From the NCBI GenBank assembly GCA_050331735.1, contig JBHJGN010000037.1, positions 1 through 64,000 of the forward strand: 64,000 nt of DNA, in the 5' to 3' direction. This DNA comes from Cyanophyceae cyanobacterium. Lineage in GTDB: Bacteria > Cyanobacteriota > Cyanobacteriia > Cyanobacteriales > JBHJGN01. A program made the position numbers and the translations under genes. Positions 1 through 12,178 of the stretch are shown here, piece after piece; the first letter of the stretch is position 1, and every line of letters begins with the position of its first letter. The notes below the pieces were generated by a model. It searched no databases. It saw nothing but the letters and a program-made list of their open reading frames with translations, and was not told the DNA's origin.

Positions 1-56
1 GTGTTACTGTTTCGCCGTTAAAAGCTTATGTAGAAAAGCAAAACACCCCTGATTGA
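1..56 (+). CDS. tnpA: 3' end of IS200/IS605-family Y1 transposase TnpA (truncated by window edge)
   Basis: Frame from base 3 reads VTVSPLKAYVEKQNTPD*, matching the TnpA C-terminal (GG)VTV..L..Y(I/V)ExQ pattern that carries the catalytic Tyr. Confidence 0.75.
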   Translation, partial: VTVSPLKAYVEKQNTPD

Positions 57-140
57 TAACTTCCGCGTTCGCTTCAGTTATCGCGCTATCCTTCTCGACG
101 CTCACCTGTCGGTAGAGCGCGGGGCTGTCGCGACTAGCTC
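1..140 (+). mobile_element. End of an IS200/IS605-like element with subterminal hairpins
   Basis: TnpA tail followed by a GATAACT...AGTTATC inverted repeat (55-82) and a GC-rich imperfect palindrome CGACGCTC-ACCTGTCGGTA-GAGCGCG ending in GGGGCTGTCGCGA. Confidence 0.6.
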
Positions 141-267
141 ATGGCTGCCAGCCCTGATTGGAGCTATTCGCGTCTTCCTCCTTAATCATGGTTAGAATAA
201 ATACTTTGCTAATTTACTTAAAATTCAGACCGCATCATTGGTCAAGGATTGAGGAGTTGTTAAGGGT

Positions 268-1581
268 ATGTTTTTCGCTCAGGTAGCCACACCCCCTGCT
301 CAGGAAATCGTTCAACCACAGGAGATCCGGGCGTTACCAGGAGAACTCGATCAAACGCCAGTTTTCAACAGTAACAGCCCTGAATTAATCTTAGAAGAAG
401 GCATTTTACTTTCGACGTTTCCACCCTTTGGCGAAAATCCGGCGGTTCACTTAAATTTTCCTTTCTCCGGGCGTTTTGATATTTTTGCTCATCACGTTGC
501 CAAAGCTCCCGCGCCAGAAGATCTCCGAACGCTTTATTTGGGGATTCTGCTGCATAACCCAACACAAGCAACGGTCACGGTAGATGTGTTGGAAGCCGCG
601 ACTCATCTCAGTCAACCCGATGCTCCCTTTATTGAATTACCGGCGCAAGTCCCAACCCCGCAAGTTGACATCTATGCCGGACCGGGAAGCCGCGTCATGG
701 GGGACATCTTGTGGGGTCGCCAGCAAGAGATGTTTCCGGCTCAACTCAAGATTCCGCCGGGACAGAGCCGAATGTTGCTGAATGTCCCGATCCCAGTTGC
801 CACCTTAGACCCCCCGATTAACGGTCGTTCTACCTATATTCGGCTCAACAGTACAGACACCATTTATGCGGCGAGTCTCAGCATGTATGCACCGATAGGT
901 GAGGAGGGCCAAGAAAGAGCGCCGACTCTCCCGGAGTGGCAGCAGCTTTTAAACCAGGGAGAATTAGCTGGACCTCGCGATCGCCCGCCGACCCCCTTAA
1001 ACACTACGGGGAATTTGGTTTACGGGCGCGTCGCTGGAGTTTCTCAAGGCGGACAGTGGCAAACAACGCTGAGCGATCCTGGTTCTGTATCTCTGGCGAT
1101 TCCGACCTCCGGTCAAGCGTTTTCCTACGGCTTAAGTACCCTTGAGCAGGGAACGTTTGGAAGTGATCAAACTCAGAGCGCACCGATGTTAGTGCGCTAC
1201 CCCGATACTGCCTATCAAGCTCACGGCAACTACGGAGTCCAGTACAGCCTGACTCTGCCGTTAATTAACCCCACTGCTGAGACCCACACCGTAACGGTAT
1301 CGCTCCAAACGCCGATCAAAAAAAATGAAGGGGAAAGTCTCGAATTTTTCGACCCCCCTCCTGAACAGGTGTTTTTCCGAGGTCCGGTTCTGATTCGCTA
1401 CACCGACGATCGAGATTTACCCCGCACTCGCTACTTCCACTTGGTTCAGCAACGCGGACAACCAGGAGAACCGCTGGCAACGTTGACAATGCCGCCAGGC
1501 GATCGCCGTCTAGTCGAGATCGAGTTCCTGTACCCTCCTGATGCCACCCCGCCACAGGTTTTAACAGTGAGAACTCTCTAA
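268..1581 (+). CDS. DUF3370 domain protein (conserved cyanobacterial hypothetical)
   Basis: VFNSNSPE, GILLSTFP, AHGNYGVQY and YPPDATPPQVLT motifs. Confidence 0.85.
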   Translation: MFFAQVATPPAQEIVQPQEIRALPGELDQTPVFNSNSPELILEEGILLSTFPPFGENPAVHLNFPFSGRFDIFAHHVAKAPAPEDLRTLYLGILLHNPTQATVTVDVLEAATHLSQPDAPFIELPAQVPTPQVDIYAGPGSRVMGDILWGRQQEMFPAQLKIPPGQSRMLLNVPIPVATLDPPINGRSTYIRLNSTDTIYAASLSMYAPIGEEGQERAPTLPEWQQLLNQGELAGPRDRPPTPLNTTGNLVYGRVAGVSQGGQWQTTLSDPGSVSLAIPTSGQAFSYGLSTLEQGTFGSDQTQSAPMLVRYPDTAYQAHGNYGVQYSLTLPLINPTAETHTVTVSLQTPIKKNEGESLEFFDPPPEQVFFRGPVLIRYTDDRDLPRTRYFHLVQQRGQPGEPLATLTMPPGDRRLVEIEFLYPPDATPPQVLTVRTL

Positions 1582-1941
1582 TCATTAAGGACCGTTGGCT
1601 CACAGAGGCGAACTTGTTTGCTTGGCAGTCTGCTGATTTTTTCTTGGATCGAAAGAAAAGGAAAATGAAGCAAATCAGGGGGGCTTTTTATTGGGCGGAG
1701 CCAAAATCCAACACCATCTCTGGAAAGTAAAGCGACAAATGCGGTGTAGGGGGAAAATGGGAAATAGTTCCTGTCGGAGCGGAAAAAGGGAAAAGTTTTA
1801 GCTCTCTTTTGTTTGTATGGCAACACTATTAATCAATAGTATAAAGATTTAAGACTTAACAAGAATAGCTAAAATTATCGCTGTAGATAAGCCAGAATCT
1901 AACGCTTGTTTTGAGCTATCTGATTGTTTTTATGACGGCCT

Positions 1942-2136
1942 TTATTCTTCATTCCTAAAACGTTTAAACAACGATATAGGAACGACTACAACCCAGAAAA
2001 GCGCAGCTAAAATGAGTACCAACCAAGAAATAATATCTGAATTTGGCGTGGTTGTGTCTCTTAGAAAGAAGGTGAGATAAACAACAAATACTACTAAGGC
2101 GAAAAACAGATATGCTAGCAGGATAAATCTAAACAT
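1942..2136 (-). CDS. Small two-TM membrane protein
   Basis: 64 aa, two hydrophobic segments separated by DTTTP, ending LFWVVVVPISL. Confidence 0.6.
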   Translation of the reverse strand: MFRFILLAYLFFALVVFVVYLTFFLRDTTTPNSDIISWLVLILAALFWVVVVPISLFKRFRNEE

Positions 2137-2961
2137 AATTGCCGTTCTAAGGTAAACCTGTGTTGATCAAAGCAGCGGTTATTTTAAAAAACAGCTTTAG
2201 TGCTTCATTACATGACCGTACACTACGTATAGCTGTAGACAGCTATACTCGTCAGCCCCTTCTGGCGCAAATTCTCTGATTTTAGCTAAAAATTCAAGAA
2301 CTGCTGCTGTTTCGTGAAGTGTTAATAAAGCACGTTGCTATTTAAGCCCATCATGCTAAGCCGAGCTTGAAAATTATTCTTGAAAAATCTAGTGCTTCTT
2401 ATCGAAACAATTGAAATAGCGATATAATAGAAACTAAAAATAGCAGCATCGAAGATGCATTTTGTAGATTACAAACAAATAGTCTAATCACATAAGTTTG
2501 TTTGCCTCTATCTTCATTGTAAACGAGGCGCTCTTGCGATTGAGTTGGCTTTAGCAGCCTTTTTTATTTAATTCAAAGAAGCTTAAGTCAAATAAGGTAG
2601 TAGCGTCGCTTGTCACAGCTTCAGGCACATTAAATTAGCAGTAGACAAATCCTTAACGATGAGTGTACTTCCCAACCAGCATCAATCTGCTGGAAGCAAG
2701 CTCCTATACCTAGTTCTTTCTTGTCAAATTCGTTTGAGAAGCATTTTCAACAGCATTAGCTATCAGCAGGCTTATTGATAGGCAACCAGCACTAAATCTT
2801 CCTGGATACTAAAGTAGATACGCAAATTAGCGTAGTCAAGGGAGAATTTCCAAGTTCACCAATTCTTCGGCAAGAAAAGCCGATTTTTAAAACTTGTATA
2901 AAGAGTTACCATAGTATTTTCCAAAAACCATCAGCCAGAAAAGAACAATTACCGACTAAAA

Positions 2962-3436
2962 ATGACATCACCAACCAATATTTTTCTAGCAGGAGCCAGT
3001 CGAGGAGTTGGACGAGAAGTTGCTCAGCAGGCTCAACACAGAAGATTAATTGCTCTGCTGCGTTCAGAAACAGTACGCCCAGAATTAGAAGCGATGGGCA
3101 TTGCGGTGGTAGTGGGAGATGCGTTAGATGCTGCCTCAAGCGCTGCAAACGTTAGGCTCTGTTCTCGCTGAAAAAGAACAAGCGGAAGCCTACCTAATGG
3201 CTAGCGGGCTCACTTACGTTATTATTCGACCGGGAGGGCTAAAATCAGAGCCAGCCACTGGTGATGGAATGGTAACAGAAGATTATAGAGTAGCCGGAAC
3301 CATTCATCGTGCAGACGTAGCTCAGTTAATCTGGCGATGTCTTGAGAGTGAAGCGGCCAATAATAAAATTCTCTCAGCCGTCGATCGCACGATGACCTAC
3401 GTAGAATTCCCTATTGATGAGTTAGAGCTAGATTAA
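2962..3436 (+). pseudogene. NAD(P)-binding atypical SDR oxidoreductase with internal deletion and frameshift
   Basis: N-terminal GASRGVG Rossmann motif in one frame, C-terminal KEQAE..SGLTYVIIRPGGL..IHRADVA in another; the central part of the domain is absent (junction ~3130). Confidence 0.8.
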
Positions 3437-3548
3437 AGTTTCTGAGGAGCGAGGGGAAGATGTCGCTCCGCGACGGGGAAGGGGGAACGGGGAAACTGTC
3501 CCTCGAGATGGAACAGAACACAGGATCAAGGAACAAGCTAATTTATTG

Positions 3549-3620
3549 CCCCTTTACCCCTTCCCCTTTTCCCTTTCCCCGCAGCGCAAGCTGCTTTCTA
3601 CTTTTCTACTTTTCTAGCTT
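3549..3620. repeat. STRR-like short tandem repeats
   Basis: CCCTTTa/CCCCTT heptamer-like runs plus (CTTTTCTA)n; similar runs at ~8872-8902 and ~27893-27913. Confidence 0.6.
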
Positions 3621-3742
3621 TTAATGATTAACCTTACCAATTTGAGGTATATTACTGACAAAAATAGCGAAATAGATAAGCTTTTTAAGCTTTCGATACT
3701 ATCAAGATTGTTGGGAAAGAGCATTTCTAGCTAGCGGCCTCT

Positions 3743-4750
3743 ATGAATCAATTGCACAACGCTTTTACCCTGTTTATGAGCCTACTGGTGGAGGCAATGC
3801 CGTTCTTGCTGCTGGGAGTTGTGCTGTCTAGTCTGCTGTTGGTGTTTATTGATGAACGTCAGCTGATCACCAAGCTGCCACACAATCCAGTGTTAGGCTC
3901 TTTGATCGGAAGCTGTATCGGTTTTTTATTTCCCGTTTGCGAGTGTGGAAACGTCCCGGTGGCACGGCGACTTCTGATGCAGGGTGTACCCTCTTCGGTC
4001 GCGATTGGGTTTCTCTTGGCAGCACCAACCATTAATCCCATTGTCATTTGGTCAACGTGGGTTGCTTTTCGAGATCAGCCAGCAATCGTGCTGCTGAGAG
4101 TGCTGTTTTCTTTGATCATTGCTATTGTCATCAGTTTGGTGTTTGGGCTCCAAAAGGATCCGCAGCCATTACTACAGCCGCTTGTCGCCCGCCGTCGCCG
4201 GAGCTTAATGTCACGTTTCCTCTCTATTGAAAAACCACAGCCTGTATCTGCTCTCTTGCAGTCGGGGACGTATTTCCTGGGTCAATCTGAGCCACTCACT
4301 GAATTAGCGACTGCCATCGCCCCCTCTTCAGGAAAAGGGCGATCACAACAACGGCGGGATGTGTTTGTCAATAACGTGGTGCAGGAACTGCGAGAGCTAG
4401 GCGGCATGCTGATTTTAGGAAGTGCGATCGCTGCGTTGATTCAGGTATTCGTGCCCCGCGAGCTAGTGTTGAGCCTAGGGCAGGGAACTCTGAGCTCGGT
4501 AGTGACTATGATGCTTTTAGCCGCACTCGTTTCGATCTGCTCGACGGTAGATGCATTCTTTGCGCTTTCCTTTGCTGCTACTTTTACAACCGGTTCACTG
4601 CTGGCCTTTTTGGTGTTTGGTCCGCTTATCGACCTTAAAAGTATCGGCTTGATGCTGTCGATTTTTAAGCCGAGGATCGTCCTGTATCTGTTTGTGCTTG
4701 CTGCTCAGCTTACGTTTATTTTGGCTCTCTCCTACAGTTACTTCTTGTGA
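3743..4750 (+). CDS. DUF318-family permease
   Basis: FPVCECGNVP and SICSTVDAF motifs, multiple TM segments. Confidence 0.9.
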   Translation: MNQLHNAFTLFMSLLVEAMPFLLLGVVLSSLLLVFIDERQLITKLPHNPVLGSLIGSCIGFLFPVCECGNVPVARRLLMQGVPSSVAIGFLLAAPTINPIVIWSTWVAFRDQPAIVLLRVLFSLIIAIVISLVFGLQKDPQPLLQPLVARRRRSLMSRFLSIEKPQPVSALLQSGTYFLGQSEPLTELATAIAPSSGKGRSQQRRDVFVNNVVQELRELGGMLILGSAIAALIQVFVPRELVLSLGQGTLSSVVTMMLLAALVSICSTVDAFFALSFAATFTTGSLLAFLVFGPLIDLKSIGLMLSIFKPRIVLYLFVLAAQLTFILALSYSYFL

Positions 4751-4756
4751 TAGCCT

Positions 4757-5536
4757 ATGTCACCTGCTAAACTGCGATCGCTCAGCTCCAAATTTCCCTG
4801 GTTAGATGTCGTGGCTCTTCTCGCTTGGGGAGGATTGCTGTTAAAGTTTTGGCTCACGGGTCAGCTAGGCTTACTGATTCATCCCAACTACTTTGGGCTG
4901 GTTTTTGCGAGTGGGATTGTTTTGCTGCTCCTCGGGGTGCTAAAAGCTGGTCAACTACTCAAGGCACCAGGAACAGAAGTTGGTCATATTTCGCTGCTCC
5001 CTCCGGGATGGGGAAGCGGTTTGCTAGCGGTGACGGCTATTTTAGGCTTTGTCATTACGCCGAGTGTGTTATCGAGCCAAGCGGCTGTGCAGCGGGGGAT
5101 TACAGAACTACCAATGACTAGAACACAGCCGCAGTCTTTTCGGGCGACAACTCAACCCGAAGAACGCTCATTAATTGAATGGATTAGAACACTCAATGTC
5201 TATCCTGAGCCGGATGCCTACGCGGGACAGAAGGCAAACGTGACGGGTTTTGTGGTCCACTCGCCCAAACTTTCAGACAACTATCTGCTGCTCTGTCGGT
5301 TTGTCATTACCTGCTGTGCGGTGGATGCCTATCCGGTCGGGATTCCCGTTAAGCTCGACGTGAGCCGCAGTACCTATGCTCCCGATACTTGGTTAACCGT
5401 CGCGGGGGAAATGATCACAGAAACTCTGCCGCAAACAGATAGCATGTCGGACACCATCTCCAACAAACGCCAACTGGTTTTGTCTGCCAGTCGTGTTGAG
5501 ACAGTCCCAACTCCAGCCAATCCCTATGAATACTAA
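4757..5536 (+). CDS. TIGR03943/DUF1980-family membrane protein, partner of the DUF318 permease
   Basis: LLIHPNY, RFVITCCAVDAYP and terminal NPYEY motifs; 6 bp downstream of the permease. Confidence 0.85.
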   Translation: MSPAKLRSLSSKFPWLDVVALLAWGGLLLKFWLTGQLGLLIHPNYFGLVFASGIVLLLLGVLKAGQLLKAPGTEVGHISLLPPGWGSGLLAVTAILGFVITPSVLSSQAAVQRGITELPMTRTQPQSFRATTQPEERSLIEWIRTLNVYPEPDAYAGQKANVTGFVVHSPKLSDNYLLLCRFVITCCAVDAYPVGIPVKLDVSRSTYAPDTWLTVAGEMITETLPQTDSMSDTISNKRQLVLSASRVETVPTPANPYEY

Positions 5537-5634
5537 ACCAAACCAGCCGCTGAGGTAGCCGAGTCACCGAATACTTCGCTGTAAAACGACGGAGCCTGCG
5601 GTAACCGTTGGTCGCTTTCCCCGTTCCGGAGGCG

Positions 5635-7722
<2,088 letters not shown>

Positions 7723-7883
7723 CTATAGTACAGCCGTTCTTGTTCAAGCGGCAGGAGAGGGAAGCACTAACCTGTGACTAAAAATCTCTTGAGAGTAGCA
7801 GTATATCCAGAAGCACCCCGGCTGAAGTTTAAAATGAGCTTGGCCTGATCGATAAATAGCGACGCACACCTTAATTACTGCCG

Positions 7884-8765
7884 ATGCTTATTGTCATTTG
7901 TGGCGCTACGGCGACTGGTAAATCTGGATTAGGGTTAACCTTGGCTCAGCGGTTGCAGTCCAATATTATTAGTGCCGATTCTCGTCAAGTTTATCAGGAG
8001 TTTGATATCGGGACGGCGAAACCAACGCTTGTTGAACGCCAGCTCGTCCCTCATCATCTCATTGATATTTGCGCTCCGACAGACACATTGACTCTAGCGC
8101 AGTATCAGCAGATGGCCAACGGGCTAATTGCTGGGGCTTCTACCCCTCTTCTCGTTGGCGGTACAGGTTTATATATTAAGTCAGTAGTGCGGGGGATGAA
8201 AATTCCAATGGTGTCGCCCCATCCTGAGTTGCGATCGCAGCTTCAGTCTCTCGGACAGCGCCAGCTTTATGCTTTTTTATCCCAAGTCGATCCCCTAGCA
8301 GCACAAAAAATTCATCCTAACGATTCGGTTCGCACCTTGAGAGCCTTGGAAGTATTTTACGTCACCGGCTATCCGATTTCGCAACAGCAGGGAGAAGATC
8401 CGCCACGGTATCCCATTCTCCAAATCGGTTTAGACTGCGACTCCCTAGCGCTTACTCAGCGCATCGCACGGCGGACTGACAAGATGGTGAAGATGGGGTT
8501 TGTGGCTGAGGTAGAAACGCTCCTTCGCAAGTATGGTTCAATTCCGCTGCTGAACACCCTTGGTTACGGAGAAATCAAACAGTATCTTGCGGGTGAAATC
8601 TCTCTTGATGAGGCTAAAGAACTGACGATACTGCACACCCGCCAGTTTGCTAAGCGCCAGCGCACCTGGTTTCGAGCCGATCCTCAGATAGAGTGGTTCA
8701 ATACCGATGCCCCTGATTTGGTCGAGCAGGTGTGGGAGCGAATACAGAGATTTGTTAATGGTTAA
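7884..8765 (+). CDS. miaA: tRNA dimethylallyltransferase
   Basis: GATATGKS, SADSRQVY..DIGTAKP, VGGTGLY and AKRQRTWF motifs. Confidence 0.97.
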   Translation: MLIVICGATATGKSGLGLTLAQRLQSNIISADSRQVYQEFDIGTAKPTLVERQLVPHHLIDICAPTDTLTLAQYQQMANGLIAGASTPLLVGGTGLYIKSVVRGMKIPMVSPHPELRSQLQSLGQRQLYAFLSQVDPLAAQKIHPNDSVRTLRALEVFYVTGYPISQQQGEDPPRYPILQIGLDCDSLALTQRIARRTDKMVKMGFVAEVETLLRKYGSIPLLNTLGYGEIKQYLAGEISLDEAKELTILHTRQFAKRQRTWFRADPQIEWFNTDAPDLVEQVWERIQRFVNG

Positions 8766-8943
8766 TGGTTGATTGTTTCCTCGATATCAGTAGCGTCTGC
8801 ATTTCAGCAGAGCATCGTTTTCTGACAAACTGCTACACAGGTTTAGAACATAAAGACAAAACAATCTCTTCCTTTCCCCCTTGCCCTTTACCCTTTTCCC
8901 CTGTCTACTCTCTATAGAAAAAAACAAGAAAGTGAAGATTAAA

Positions 8944-9843
8944 CTAGTAGTTGGTAACTAAAATTTCTCGGATCGCTCCTCTTCTGTCAGCTTTAGAATT
9001 GATCGCCCGCGATGCCATGACCCGTTTAATCTTAAACTCTTTGTATAATTCATCAAAAAAAGGATCGTTTACATAATTAGTTGGATCTGAATTACTGAGC
9101 ATTTGCAAGGCTCCTTTGTGAGAAGCTGCCGCAAAAACGTCCCGCAAGCGACGCTGTTCGTCGTCATTAAATTCGGATGCAGCGTAGGAGTTAAAGCTAG
9201 CAGTTTTACTGATCGGTCGATAGGGAGGGTCGTAGTAGATAAAAGTATGAGAATCTGCGTATTTAAGGACTTCTGAAAAGTCCCTTTGTGCAATATGAGC
9301 AGATTGAAGTGCTTGACTAACTGCCTTTAGGTTTTGAGCATGACAAATTGTCGGATTTTTGTATTGACCAGCGGGAACGTTAAAATGGCCTTGACTGTTA
9401 ACGCGATACAGTCCATTAAAGCAGGTTCGATTCAGAAAAACTGTTAGTGCCGCTCGCTTTGCCCAGCTTTTAGAATAAGACTCGGTGTTTACTTGTTTGT
9501 TAAAGGTATTATACCTATCTCTACAGGAATAATAGAAAGTTTTCCTATAATGATTCTCTCGGTTTAGATAGCACTCTTCAAGCTTGGTTAATTCTTGAAT
9601 CAAAGTCTCAACATCTTTTTGAATAACTTTATAGAGAATAACTAGGTCAGCATTAGTATCAAACAAATAGGATTGTTGAAGATTAAAATTACTAACAACA
9701 TTAAAAAAAACGGCTCCTCCGCCCACAAAAGGCTCAATATACGTTGAAATACTGGCATTTAGCTCTGGCGGGTAGTTCTTCTCAATTTGTGGAAGGAGTT
9801 GAGTTTTCCCACCTGCCCACTTTAAAACCGGAGATGGCTTCAT
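8944..9843 (-). CDS. Dam/D12-class N6-adenine DNA methyltransferase (orphan)
   Basis: LKWAGGK, EPFVGGGAVF, FNGLYRVN and DPPY motifs; visibly AT-richer than flanking genes. Confidence 0.92.
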   Translation of the reverse strand: MKPSPVLKWAGGKTQLLPQIEKNYPPELNASISTYIEPFVGGGAVFFNVVSNFNLQQSYLFDTNADLVILYKVIQKDVETLIQELTKLEECYLNRENHYRKTFYYSCRDRYNTFNKQVNTESYSKSWAKRAALTVFLNRTCFNGLYRVNSQGHFNVPAGQYKNPTICHAQNLKAVSQALQSAHIAQRDFSEVLKYADSHTFIYYDPPYRPISKTASFNSYAASEFNDDEQRRLRDVFAAASHKGALQMLSNSDPTNYVNDPFFDELYKEFKIKRVMASRAINSKADRRGAIREILVTNY

Positions 9844-9936
9844 CTGTAGTTGTGCATCTAAGAGCTATAACAAGCAGTCTCACTAATAAAAAATAATTAT
9901 AATCAAATGTAATTGTACGTCTAACCGTTAACTGGT

Positions 9937-10557
9937 ATGAATACGATCAACTATGCGTTTATTCTGCGGCGACTAGCAACAATTAGTGCGATCGCCACTC
10001 TTGCCCTCAGCCTAACGGCAGCCGTGACTGGGGTACTGCTGTCTTTTTACTACGAACCTACCGCTGGAGGAGCCTATAATTCCCTAGAAATGATTACATC
10101 TCAAGTCTCGTATGGATGGCTAATCGATCGCCTACATTCGGTAGCTGGTAACGGATTGATTATCGTCTCTTTGATAGCGATTGTGGTGATGTTTCTCGGA
10201 GAAAGGTTTCGCCCTAGCTGGTTGGTAGCGTGGATTAGCGGGATTCTGTTAACGCTGAGTGCGATCGCCCTTAGCTGGAGTGCGATGCTCCTCGACTGGA
10301 CGCAGCTTGGCTATTGGCGTTTTAATATCGAGCTGGGCATTATTGAAGCCATTCCTTACTTCGGTTCAACTCTGCGAACCCTGTTAACCGGAGGAGGAGC
10401 GGTAAACACGATGACGGTGGCGCGTTTATACTCTTTGCATAGCTACATCCTCTCAGCAGGAGCGCTCATTCTCAGCATTGTTCATCTTGCTGGGATACTG
10501 CAACAGGAAAGAGAACAAGCCGCCCCAGATTCAGAAGAGCCTACTTACTCTTCCTAA
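9937..10557 (+). CDS. Stand-alone cytochrome b/b6 N-terminal domain protein (PetB paralogue)
   Basis: TGVLLSFYYEPT..AYNS, LDWTQLGYW, EAIPYFG and RLYSLH motifs. Confidence 0.85.
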   Translation: MNTINYAFILRRLATISAIATLALSLTAAVTGVLLSFYYEPTAGGAYNSLEMITSQVSYGWLIDRLHSVAGNGLIIVSLIAIVVMFLGERFRPSWLVAWISGILLTLSAIALSWSAMLLDWTQLGYWRFNIELGIIEAIPYFGSTLRTLLTGGGAVNTMTVARLYSLHSYILSAGALILSIVHLAGILQQEREQAAPDSEEPTYSS

Positions 10558-10576
10558 GCAAGAGGCTCAACCACGG

Positions 10577-12046
10577 CTAAGCTTTGGCCTTCTCCAGCAT
10601 CAGTTTTGACCGCTTTAACTGATTAGGAATGGCAATCGGGTAATCTCCGGTAAAGCAGGCCGAACAGAATTGATTGGGATCTTCTCCAGTCGCCAACAAC
10701 ATTCCCTCCCAACTAAGATAGGCGAGGGAATCGACCTCAATTTGCTCGGCAATTTCTGCTACCGACTTGGTAGAAGCAATTAACTGTTCTTGGTTATCGG
10801 TGTCGATGCCGTAGAAGCAAGGATGAGTCACCGGAGGAGAGGAGATGCGCATGTGCACTTCCGTCGCCCCGGCATCTCGCAGGGCTTTGACAATCTTTTT
10901 ACTCGTCGTACCGCGAACGATAGAGTCATCAACGATGATCACTCTTTTCCCCTCTAGTACATCTTTAAGGGGATTGAGCTTCATGCGAATTCCGGCTTCC
11001 CTCATGGTTTGGGTGGGCTGAATAAAAGTCCGACCGACGTAGCGATTTTTGATCAGTCCTTCACCGTAAGGAATCCCCGAGGCCCGCGAAAAGCCGATCG
11101 CCGCTGGAATACCGGAGTCAGGAACGCCCATGACCACATCTGCTTCAACAGCAGATTCTTTGGCCAACTGTTCTCCCAGGCGCAGGCGGTAGCTGTAGAG
11201 TGTTTCCCCGTGCATTTCACTATCGGGACGGGCAAAGTAAATCATTTCAAAAATACACAGCTTGCGCTCTGGTTTCTTGGCCCAGTGACAAGAGGCTATC
11301 CCTGCTTCGGTAATCCACACCACTTCTCCTGGCTCGACATCCCGCAGATACTCAGCACCGATAATATCGAGAGCGCAGGTTTCCGATGCTAACACGTAGC
11401 GAGTGGGGTTCTCTTTCAAAGTTCCAATAACAAGGGGGCGAATGCCGTTAGGGTCTCTCGCGCCCATCAACCCCACAGGAGTACCAATAGTGAGGCTGAA
11501 GGCTCCCGAACACCATTTGAAAGCGCTAATGGCCCCTTCGAGCCAGTCTTTACCGCCGTTAACTTCTTCAGCAATGGCGATCGCAATCATTTCTGAATCT
11601 GTGGTGGTTACGAAGTCGCAGTTGCGCTTCTGAAGCTCGGAACGCAGTTCGCCGGTGTTAACTAAGTTACCGTTGTGAGCTAAAGCCAGAGTGCCGAGAC
11701 GCGTAGACAGCACGGCAGGTTGAGCATTCACCACCAAACTAGAGCCAGTGGTGGAGTAGCGAGTATGTCCTACCGCCAGCTTGCCAGGAAGCTGCTGTAG
11801 AATTTTTTCATTAAAGACTTGAGACACAAGACCCATGTCTTTATGAACGTGTACTGCTTCTCCTGCAAAAGTCGCAATTCCTGCTGATTCTTGCCCGCGA
11901 TGCTGGAGCGCATAGAGACCAAAATAGGTTAGCTTAGCCACATCTGCTTCTGGTGCGTAAATTCCGAATACGCCACAGGCTTCTTCTGGTTTATCGGGGA
12001 CGGAGGAATCTTGAATTGAAGACGGATCGGGGGAAATAGCGCTCAT
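10577..12046 (-). CDS. purF: Amidophosphoribosyltransferase
   Basis: EEACGVFG, LQHRGQE, IVDDSIVRGTT and CSACFTG motifs. Confidence 0.98.
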   Translation of the reverse strand: MSAISPDPSSIQDSSVPDKPEEACGVFGIYAPEADVAKLTYFGLYALQHRGQESAGIATFAGEAVHVHKDMGLVSQVFNEKILQQLPGKLAVGHTRYSTTGSSLVVNAQPAVLSTRLGTLALAHNGNLVNTGELRSELQKRNCDFVTTTDSEMIAIAIAEEVNGGKDWLEGAISAFKWCSGAFSLTIGTPVGLMGARDPNGIRPLVIGTLKENPTRYVLASETCALDIIGAEYLRDVEPGEVVWITEAGIASCHWAKKPERKLCIFEMIYFARPDSEMHGETLYSYRLRLGEQLAKESAVEADVVMGVPDSGIPAAIGFSRASGIPYGEGLIKNRYVGRTFIQPTQTMREAGIRMKLNPLKDVLEGKRVIIVDDSIVRGTTSKKIVKALRDAGATEVHMRISSPPVTHPCFYGIDTDNQEQLIASTKSVAEIAEQIEVDSLAYLSWEGMLLATGEDPNQFCSACFTGDYPIAIPNQLKRSKLMLEKAKA

Positions 12047-12178
12047 GCGAGAGTTTGGCTCCTGGTAGCGGCAGTAGGTCGTTTAGTGGTCTTGCCAGAG
12101 CAGAGAGCTGTTCGTAACTCGCTCCGCTTAACCATTTCTTAGTGATTTTATAGTTTCACTATAACGGATTTGTGCTAT

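Noticed and set aside
3622..3640. Possible Zur box TGATTAACCTTACCA upstream of the DUF318 permease
   Set aside because: Four mismatches to TGATAATnATTATCA in an AT-rich region; too weak without a PWM
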